Of a stretch of 64,000 nucleotides of DNA, positions 56,801 to 64,000 are shown in pieces. The position numbers and the translations under genes were made by a program. The notes under the pieces are model-generated. The model searched no databases, was not told the DNA's origin, and saw nothing but the letters and a program-made list of their open reading frames with translations. The stretch spans positions 16,739 through 80,738 of the forward strand of contig CAZBFH010000001.1 in assembly GCA_964491185.1 (NCBI GenBank). The letters run 5' to 3'. The stretch is from an uncultured Gammaproteobacteria bacterium. GTDB taxonomy: Bacteria > Patescibacteriota > Microgenomatia > Levybacterales > UBA12049. Within the stretch, counting starts at the first letter, position 1; each line of letters opens with the position of its first letter.

Positions 56801-57528
56801 TTGTAATAGTTAAGGATCCTTATTCTATAAAAAACTGCCAAAGTATCAACCATCGTCCAAAAAGATATTTTCCAAAAATTCTTACTAGTTACACTCCCTT
56901 GCTTAAAGCTTAATTTTATAGGCGCTTCAATAATTCTTGTATATCCAAGTAACCTAGCTACAGCTAAAACTTCTACATCAAAAGCAAAAGCTTTTACGAT
57001 TATTTTTGGGAAAACCTCCTTAGCCGTTTTTTTTCTAAAAAACTTAAGCCCAACCTGCGTATCTCTAACATTTAGCCTAAAAAGTATTTTAATAAGCGTC
57101 CTATATCCCCAAGACAATATTTTCCGACTCAATGGATACTCTATTATCGAGTCTGGGTGTAGCTTACTACCAATTACAATATCAGCTCGCGACAATTCCA
57201 TCATATTAAGCATTATTGATATTTCAGAAGGATTTAGATCCATTCCTGCATCAATAAATCCAATAATATCCCCTCTCGCTTTCTCTACTCCAAGCTTTAT
57301 CGCAAACCCTTTTCCCTTATTTTCTCCATATCCAATTAGAATTACTTTATTATTTTTAATATCTTTTAATTTTTCATAAGTTTTATCTAAGAATCCATCA
57401 ACCACAACTATGATCTCGTATTCTGTGGATAATGAACCCAAAACAAAATCAAGACTTTTAATATCTTCAATTATAGTTTTTTCTTGTTTGTAAGCAGGAA
57501 CTATTAAAGAAATGAAATTAGCGGCCAT
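56797..57528 (-). CDS. GT2 polyprenyl-phosphate glycosyltransferase (DPG/DPM synthase-like)
   Basis: VPAYKQE, NKGKGFA, FIDAG.D, VIGSK, RDTQVGLK, FAFDVE. Confidence 0.86.
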   Translation of the reverse strand: MAANFISLIVPAYKQEKTIIEDIKSLDFVLGSLSTEYEIIVVVDGFLDKTYEKLKDIKNNKVILIGYGENKGKGFAIKLGVEKARGDIIGFIDAGMDLNPSEISIMLNMMELSRADIVIGSKLHPDSIIEYPLSRKILSWGYRTLIKILFRLNVRDTQVGLKFFRKKTAKEVFPKIIVKAFAFDVEVLAVARLLGYTRIIEAPIKLSFKQGSVTSKNFWKISFWTMVDTLAVFYRIRILNYYK

Positions 57529-57533
57529 AGTAA

Positions 57534-58817
57534 TTATTTGTAAGAATATTTGAACTCATTTATCTTTAAATAATACATGACAAGTGAAATCATAAGCAAC
57601 AATGATGAAAAAATAGATACGTATATAATTTGACCAAAATTAGAATGATATATCCACATTAAGATTATCTGAAGTGCTGCGAATAAAAGAGCAATCATAA
57701 ATACTCTTGTTTTTTTAATCGAAAGAAAAAAGCTGACAAAAACATTGTTAACGCTATAAATTGTTAAAAATATTCCAAAAAGACCAAGGTATGGAGCGAC
57801 TGATAAATACTCCCCTCCTCCTAAGAAAATTGAGACAGTGAAATTGGAAAAAAGAAAATAAAATCCAGTCATTAATATTGATGGGATAAGAACTAAAGAT
57901 AATGCGATATAGAAAAGATTATTATAATTTTCTTTATTAGTATGACGTTTAACGATTAACGGAAACATAGCTATTGGAATTGGTCCCGTAAAGTAAAAAA
58001 TAACTTTGCCAATTAGAGATAGGCCCCCGTAAAACCCGGCATCCTGTGAATTAAAAAAATGTTTAACAACTAACACATCTGTTGATATGAAGGAGGATAA
58101 AGAAAAAATGGCAATCGTCGTTGGTATAGCATAAGATAGAATGTCGTTCCTCCCAATATTGATTTTCTTACTTGCATTTAAAATCACAGATTTTAACGGT
58201 ATAAAACCAAAAACAAAATCAAGAAGAGAAAAAATTATTACAGCAGCTAATGCACCATAAACCTTAAAACCCATCATAATAAGAATTATTCCGCTTATCA
58301 GCTTTCCAACTCCCGCTATTAGATACAAAGACCCGAGTAACTTAAACTTAAGCATACTTTGGATAAATGCCATATTTAAAGTAGCTAAGTAAAAAATTGA
58401 TATAGAAAATCCAACCATAATTACAAGACCAATATCGTTAATCTTTAGGAATGAAAGTATTAAAGGTGAAAGCGTGATAATTCCAATATTTAAAATCACG
58501 CTGAACAATAGTAAATATTTGAAAGATTTTATATAAAACGCACCTGCTCTTTGAGTTTCATTTTTTGAAAAAAACTGGGCCGCGTATCTAACAATAATCG
58601 ATGATAATGAGCTTGCAGGAATTATCACAAGAGTAATTAAAGACATTAAGCTTGCAAATGTTCCATAATCTGAATATGTCAAATTCCTTGCGAAGTAAAC
58701 ATTTAAAATAAATGCTAGAAAACTTGATGCAGTAGTTCCAACTAAAACAAAAAAGCTCCCAGATATTAAATCATGCTTTATGCTATTTATTATGATTTTC
58801 CTTATTTTTTCGATCAT
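57534..58817 (-). CDS. Wzx-like oligosaccharide flippase
   Basis: About 12 TMs; AR.L...DYG.F, TDVLVVKHFF...AG.Y, MFP. Confidence 0.85.
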   Translation of the reverse strand: MIEKIRKIIINSIKHDLISGSFFVLVGTTASSFLAFILNVYFARNLTYSDYGTFASLMSLITLVIIPASSLSSIIVRYAAQFFSKNETQRAGAFYIKSFKYLLLFSVILNIGIITLSPLILSFLKINDIGLVIMVGFSISIFYLATLNMAFIQSMLKFKLLGSLYLIAGVGKLISGIILIMMGFKVYGALAAVIIFSLLDFVFGFIPLKSVILNASKKINIGRNDILSYAIPTTIAIFSLSSFISTDVLVVKHFFNSQDAGFYGGLSLIGKVIFYFTGPIPIAMFPLIVKRHTNKENYNNLFYIALSLVLIPSILMTGFYFLFSNFTVSIFLGGGEYLSVAPYLGLFGIFLTIYSVNNVFVSFFLSIKKTRVFMIALLFAALQIILMWIYHSNFGQIIYVSIFSSLLLMISLVMYYLKINEFKYSYK

Positions 58818-59875
58818 TTTTTATTGAAAATTTCAACATATGCATCATATGTTTCTTTAGCAGTCTTTTCCCATGAGAATTTTTTTACATTTTCAAATCC
58901 TTGCTTTATTAAATTCTCTCTAAATTTTTCATCTTCAATAACCCCACTTAACCCTGCTTTAATTGAATCAGTGCTTAATGGATCAACATAACACGCCCCA
59001 TCTCCTGCCACCTCCGCAAGTGACCCTAATTTTGAAGTTATAACAGGACAACCCGACTGCATCGCTTCAAGAATTGGCAAACCAAAGCCCTCATAAAGTG
59101 AAGGCATCACGAGAACAGTTGCAACGTTATATATCGCTACCAAATCCTCATCGTCAACAAAACCCAAAGAAATAACTTTATTATTTTTTGACGCAAGTTC
59201 TTGTGCTTTCTTTAAATCCTTATTCCAGAGATTATCAGCATCATATTGAGTATTTTTAAACGCCTGTCCAACGATCACCAATGAATAATTAGTATTATTT
59301 ATTGCCTCAATAAGTCTTGGAAGATTTTTATTTGGAGTAACATCTCCTACATATAGAGCAAACTTATCAGGTAAACTAAATTTTCTAACCACTTCTTTCT
59401 TTTTTTCTTCAGTAATTTGCCTAAAGTGCTTGGCTGCCGCAAGATAAATTACTTTAATTCCCGATGTTTCGTAACCAACGATTTTCGCTATATCTTTTTT
59501 TGATGATTCTGAATCTGTAATAATTAGATCTGAATTTTTAAGTATTTTTTTTTGTATTTGCCATTTAAATGCCCCTTTTATACCAACTGGGAAATCATTC
59601 CTGAAAACTAACGGGGTGAGATCATGAACCGTTATTATTGTTTTTACAGTCTTTATGATGGGAAGTGTTATAAAAAATGGTTCAAAATATGGGTAATGGA
59701 TTAGATCAGTTGAGTGAGAGATTTTATCACCTCTCTTAATCAAAACGAAATCCTCTGGGCCATATTTTTCTATTAAGGCCTCCTTGAGATTATTTAAGTA
59801 AAATCCAGTACCTCTTACTCTATGCTGAAGATAATGGCCGGAAGTTATGGGAGAAACATCAATTGCTACCTTCAT
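58814..59875 (-). CDS. GT4 glycosyltransferase (MtfB-like)
   Basis: RGTGFY, TVHDL, NKNLPRL, PSLYEGFGLPILEAMQSGCPVI. Confidence 0.92.
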   Translation of the reverse strand: MKVAIDVSPITSGHYLQHRVRGTGFYLNNLKEALIEKYGPEDFVLIKRGDKISHSTDLIHYPYFEPFFITLPIIKTVKTIITVHDLTPLVFRNDFPVGIKGAFKWQIQKKILKNSDLIITDSESSKKDIAKIVGYETSGIKVIYLAAAKHFRQITEEKKKEVVRKFSLPDKFALYVGDVTPNKNLPRLIEAINNTNYSLVIVGQAFKNTQYDADNLWNKDLKKAQELASKNNKVISLGFVDDEDLVAIYNVATVLVMPSLYEGFGLPILEAMQSGCPVITSKLGSLAEVAGDGACYVDPLSTDSIKAGLSGVIEDEKFRENLIKQGFENVKKFSWEKTAKETYDAYVEIFNKK

Positions 59876-61524
59876 TTCTTAATTTTAATGTATTTCTCCC
59901 TCATAAACAAACAAAATAACGAAAACGTTGAAAATATTGTAATAATCAAAGAAATGATTTGAAGCTTGGTACTTTTTAGAATTATCTCCAGACTATGCTG
60001 ACCCCTAGGTACACTTACTTCAAATATCCCATCCTTGGTAGTTTTTATAGGTATCTGATTACCATCAAGCTTTACAGTCCAACCTGGAAAATACGCGATA
60101 TTAATTCTAATTTTACCCTCAGTTTCACCTGAAATAAAAACATTTTCACCTGTGACATTACTAGAGATAGTTTTTATCTTGATTTCTTTTGATGAAATTC
60201 TTTCATTTACTGGCTCAAGCTTTGCATTGAAATTAAGTGTATTGAAAACATTCCCTGGACTGTTTGTTCCATTGGTAAAATTATCCCTAGAAAGATAATA
60301 CTCATCGTCTCTTAAGTGATGATAAGGAGCCTTAATGTAATTAAACGAAAATCCAATTGAGAGCGCTATTAACACTAAAGAAAGAATGATTCGAATCTTT
60401 TCTTTTTTTATCAAAGTTTCTGAAACAATAAAACCGGCAAGAAATGATGATGCCAAGATAAGTACACTTAAGAGTCTCCATGGAAATTGAATATAAGACA
60501 CTAAGGGAACATTTTGCCAAATAAATTTAGAAAAGGGCGTTATCAGAAAAAGTGTAAAGATGAATATAAACAAGAATAAACCTACGATTCCAATTCTTTT
60601 CTTAAATATAAAAATTGCCGAACATATTAGTATTACCAAAAGATTTACGATTCCTATTTGAAATGACATTTGATCAGGCATATTAACTCCTGAAAACCCA
60701 TATCCCCATGATGAATAAATTAGTTTATAAATTACGGGGAAATGCTCGGTCGGATCGAAAATCTGAAGTCCTCTTACATATTTTGTTTCAAGAATGGCAG
60801 GTAGCCAAAAAATTGCCGAAAGTCCAATTCCAAAAAAAGAAATAAAAATCGAAGAGCTAAATTCTTTTAATTTAATTATGATATTTTGTTTTTTTGAAAA
60901 AGATGAAAAAAATGCATACACTAAAAAGAGGGAGAAGAAAACAACCGCAAGGATATTATGAGCTAAAACTATTAACGCTAGGATAAATGATGTTAATACA
61001 AAATATTTTATCTTCTTAGAATCCATATATGATTGATAACCCCACAATAATCCTGGGGCTAGTCCCAAGCTCCATACTTCTCCAACTGAACCTCTCACAT
61101 AAATATCAAGCAAATGATACGGTGAGTAGGCGTAGAAAACGGAACTCACTAAAGCACCCCAGTTTCCCCAAAACCTTCTGGACCATAGGTAAGTAAAAAT
61201 TGAACCAATAATAGTCGCAAAAATCATATTCAACTTTAATGAATCAATAAAACTAAATCCTACTAGATGCGTGAATGATGCTACATAGTTTGGAAGAGGA
61301 TAAACATAATTGAATAGTGGTATTCCATATCCATTATTAAAATCTTCAGCCCATCTTGGATAAAGAGTTCCTTCATTTATGGATTTGAAGAATTGCTGAA
61401 ATCTTAGAACATGAAACTCTCCATCATGTGTTGGTGGAAGACCAGGTTTTAAAAGAGAAATTACAGATAAAAACGAGATGGCGACTCCTGCAATCAATAA
61501 TTTATAATTTTTAGCTTTCTTCAT
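59872..61524 (-). CDS. GT-C membrane protein (PTPS-related/YfhO-like)
   Basis: PTHDG..H, LYPRW, GYG.PLF.Y..PL, YVRG..GE, FWLPAILE, IQFPWR, YFPGW. Confidence 0.8.
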   Translation of the reverse strand: MKKAKNYKLLIAGVAISFLSVISLLKPGLPPTHDGEFHVLRFQQFFKSINEGTLYPRWAEDFNNGYGIPLFNYVYPLPNYVASFTHLVGFSFIDSLKLNMIFATIIGSIFTYLWSRRFWGNWGALVSSVFYAYSPYHLLDIYVRGSVGEVWSLGLAPGLLWGYQSYMDSKKIKYFVLTSFILALIVLAHNILAVVFFSLFLVYAFFSSFSKKQNIIIKLKEFSSSIFISFFGIGLSAIFWLPAILETKYVRGLQIFDPTEHFPVIYKLIYSSWGYGFSGVNMPDQMSFQIGIVNLLVILICSAIFIFKKRIGIVGLFLFIFIFTLFLITPFSKFIWQNVPLVSYIQFPWRLLSVLILASSFLAGFIVSETLIKKEKIRIILSLVLIALSIGFSFNYIKAPYHHLRDDEYYLSRDNFTNGTNSPGNVFNTLNFNAKLEPVNERISSKEIKIKTISSNVTGENVFISGETEGKIRINIAYFPGWTVKLDGNQIPIKTTKDGIFEVSVPRGQHSLEIILKSTKLQIISLIITIFSTFSLFCLFMREKYIKIKK

Positions 61525-62636
61525 TTGAAGACATTTTTCAATGCGGCCTTAATATCATTTAAGGAGAAAAATAGTAATCCAATTATCGGAGTATATGTGA
61601 CGATTATTTTAATTAAAGGAGTTATTCCAAAATGCGTTCCTAAATACATATAAGGAATATATCTAAGCATTAATCCGAATGACAAAGTAAATCCTAATAT
61701 TTTTAATTTTTTATTTTCTGAAAGTGATATAAAAGCTAAAAACCAAATTCCATACCAAGGGTAAATTTCCTCTCTGATTGGAGACAAAAGAAATATCACA
61801 AACATTAACGCGAAGGAATAAGTGTAAATCTTTTCCCAATCGATTTTTCTTTTTTTTATTCTGAGAAACAAATAATAAATGAAAACCGGTACAAGAAGAA
61901 TAGTGGCATATTTTATTAAAATCGAAAATACAAGAAATATAATAGCTAGAATAATCTTTTCTTTTTTTAAAAGATAAAATGAAAGAAATGCAAAAAATAT
62001 CATCGAAACGTCATTATGCCCCGAAACAAATGTTTCGATTAAAACTAGGGGACTTAAAGCAAAATATGCGACATTTCCAATATTCTTAGTGAATTTGTAA
62101 ATCAGATAAATGATCCCGAAATAGAAAATCATTACAAAGAGCTTAAAGTTAAACAACGTCAGAAGGAAATTATTAAATCCGAGAAAATGTGGAAGACTTG
62201 TAATCCCAATCCAAGATGGACCATAAAGAGCGACTTTATTTGCTGCATGCGTGAATCCTAAGTATGGGTCTCCTAAGAACTCAATTGGCATAATTATAAA
62301 GGGATTCTCGTGATATAAATATAAAATTTTAGCAGTAAAAATATAATTAAATATGTCATATGAAAGAATTGCCGGATAAGAAAAAAATAAGAGAACAGCA
62401 GAAAGAACAACAACATTCATTAATATTTTTTCTGTAATCCTCCTGAGAAAGAAAAAATAAAATAGGAAAAATAAAGAAATAAAAATTAAGTAAATAAGAG
62501 CAACCAATTCTCTATTAAGAGTTGCAAAGGCTGTATAAAGACTCGTCATGTAAGTCAGATTTTGATCTACAAATAAATATGAGAAAAATGTGAACGCCAG
62601 AAGAAATAAACCATAACCTAAAATCAAAAGCTTCAT
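61521..62636 (-). CDS. GT-C membrane glycosyltransferase (GT87/MptB-like)
   Basis: LSYDIFNY, ENPF...P, LYGP, SGHND, LIKY, YPWY.IW. Confidence 0.78.
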   Translation of the reverse strand: MKLLILGYGLFLLAFTFFSYLFVDQNLTYMTSLYTAFATLNRELVALIYLIFISLFFLFYFFFLRRITEKILMNVVVLSAVLLFFSYPAILSYDIFNYIFTAKILYLYHENPFIIMPIEFLGDPYLGFTHAANKVALYGPSWIGITSLPHFLGFNNFLLTLFNFKLFVMIFYFGIIYLIYKFTKNIGNVAYFALSPLVLIETFVSGHNDVSMIFFAFLSFYLLKKEKIILAIIFLVFSILIKYATILLVPVFIYYLFLRIKKRKIDWEKIYTYSFALMFVIFLLSPIREEIYPWYGIWFLAFISLSENKKLKILGFTLSFGLMLRYIPYMYLGTHFGITPLIKIIVTYTPIIGLLFFSLNDIKAALKNVFK

Positions 62637-63157
62637 AAAACACTATTTCTAATATTTATTGAATCATCAATTAATCCCTTTAAATTTAAATTTGTTGAAG
62701 GAGATTTTTCCGGACTCCAATTAACCTCTTCTGGCAATTGACCCGCCAAACCCCCTAGAAGATCCATATGTCTCCGTGAGGCTTCCCTAAGCAACTCTTC
62801 TCTTTCAGAAATGTCTTTTCCATTTCTCTGAGCGTTTTCAAGATTAGGATAAATTTCCATAAAATATTCATCTGATTTCTTAAGAGCTTTTGTAGCTAAT
62901 AAATATTGCTTATAATCAAACAACGTCTTAGCCTCGACTAAATAATGGTCAGATTCTTTAAGATTGTAATCAAATTTACCAAAATCACCGAAATAAATAT
63001 ATTTACTTATTTTTGAAACAATAAGTCTTGGTTTATATAAAATATTTCCTGGCATATATGAAGGGTAAGGGAGAACATAAGTAGATTCAGCGCTAACATT
63101 TCCCGGCAAAAATAGGAATAGACTAAAACAGAAAATTAGGAAAATCTTCTTAGACAT
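62633..63157 (-). CDS. Exported helical protein, DUF5667-like
   Basis: Signal peptide (..NVSA|ES), then YVLPYPSYMPGNILYK and a helical region. Confidence 0.65.
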   Translation of the reverse strand: MSKKIFLIFCFSLFLFLPGNVSAESTYVLPYPSYMPGNILYKPRLIVSKISKYIYFGDFGKFDYNLKESDHYLVEAKTLFDYKQYLLATKALKKSDEYFMEIYPNLENAQRNGKDISEREELLREASRRHMDLLGGLAGQLPEEVNWSPEKSPSTNLNLKGLIDDSINIRNSVL

Positions 63158-64000
63158 TTTTTGTATGCCACTGCCAGGCGGTTTTTACAATTGTTTCTAT
63201 GTCTGAATACTTTGGTGCAAATCCCAAGCCCTCTCTGGCCTTAGTGTTATCTGCATATATCATTGCAGGATCACCAGATCTTCTGGGCTTTATGTCTACT
63301 GGAAAATCTACTCCACTTACTTTTTTTATTTCTTCAAGAATTTGAAGATTTGAATATCCTATTCCTGCGCCTAAATTAAAATAATCACTCTCCCCTTTTT
63401 CTACAAGTAAATTCAGAGCTTGAAGATGCGCAATTGCTAAATCCTCTACGTGTATGTAGTCTCTCACGCAAGTTCCATCTTTTGTTTCGTAATCATTCCC
63501 AAACAAAGAGAAGGAAGCATTAGATATGGCTGCTTGAATGGCAATTGGAATAATGTGAGTTTCTGGATCATGATTTTCACCAATTGAACCATCCAGAGCA
63601 GCTCCAGCCGCATTAAAATATCGTAAATTAACATGCTTTATTCCATATACCTTCTCATACCAATCTAGAATATTTTCAAACATCAGCTTTGAGTCACCAT
63701 AAACGCTTTCTGGTTTTTTTGACTCATTCTCTGATACAGGTAAATTCTTAGGGGTTCCGTAAATTGCACATGTTGAGGAGAAAATTATCTTCTTAATCCC
63801 TTTTTCTTTCATAAATTCAAGGAGATTCAAACCACCTTGAATATTATTGTTGAAATATTTATAAGGATCTTTCATCGATTCACCTGCAAGAGCAGATGCA
63901 GCAAAATGTATTACCCCGTCAAATTCATATTTACCAAGATTCTCAAATAGAAAGTCTTTATTCTTAAGATCTCCGATAATTAAATTTCCACTAACCGCTT
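63150..64000 (-). CDS. galE: UDP-glucose 4-epimerase (5' end beyond the window)
   Basis: Frame stays open to the edge (..IHFAASALAGESMKDP); FSSTCAIYG, YGDSK, LRYFNAAGA, ETHIIP, DGTCVRDYIHV. Confidence 0.93.
   Translation of the reverse strand, partial: AVSGNLIIGDLKNKDFLFENLGKYEFDGVIHFAASALAGESMKDPYKYFNNNIQGGLNLLEFMKEKGIKKIIFSSTCAIYGTPKNLPVSENESKKPESVYGDSKLMFENILDWYEKVYGIKHVNLRYFNAAGAALDGSIGENHDPETHIIPIAIQAAISNASFSLFGNDYETKDGTCVRDYIHVEDLAIAHLQALNLLVEKGESDYFNLGAGIGYSNLQILEEIKKVSGVDFPVDIKPRRSGDPAMIYADNTKAREGLGFAPKYSDIETIVKTAWQWHTKNV

Noticed and set aside
1961-58991. Many short plus-strand ORFs (60-125 aa) in the track, and the nested minus ORF 21840..22022
   Set aside because: All lie within well-supported minus-strand genes and show antisense-shadow composition with no motifs; only 27083..27619 is kept.
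12022-64000. Calling the locus an LPS O-antigen cluster
   Set aside because: No lipid A/core, Wzz or outer-membrane export genes are visible, and the GT-C excess does not fit; the acceptor is unknown.
1-64000. tRNA, rRNA, IS/transposase, prophage or integron
   Set aside because: Intergenic gaps are nearly all under 200 nt and explained by promoters; no such motifs were seen by eye, though a covariance-model scan was not possible.

Overview
AT-rich, very densely coded bacterial DNA with almost every real gene on the minus strand and TGA used as stop. Gene content (DUF4012-like, DUF5667-like, homodimeric GlyRS, many orphans) suggests a Patescibacteria/CPR genome, probably Microgenomates; this is inference. 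Bases 1-5.9 kb hold the start of the dcw cluster (mraZ-rsmH-ftsL-like-ftsI-murF-murE) with an MraZ-box promoter. Bases 6-12 kb hold glyQS, recO, a DUF4012-like protein, orphans and a GC-rich REP-like palindrome. From 12 kb to past the window end is one >52 kb surface-glycosylation locus: a priming phosphoglycosyl transferase, a Wzx-like flippase, 9 GT4, 9 GT2, NDP-sugar enzymes, 2 methyl- and 2 acetyltransferases, and ten predicted GT-C (lipid-donor) membrane glycosyltransferases, some fused to O-antigen-ligase, discoidin or DUF5667-like domains. The middle of the locus looks like repeated modules (sugar-tailoring enzymes, GT2, GT4, GT-C) with paralogous parts and internal promoters. Several NDP-sugar enzymes have non-canonical active sites. 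Many operon-first genes have a -10 box 6-7 nt before the start codon, suggesting leaderless mRNAs. No rRNA, tRNA, CRISPR array or transposase was seen. All calls are by eye; no searches were run.
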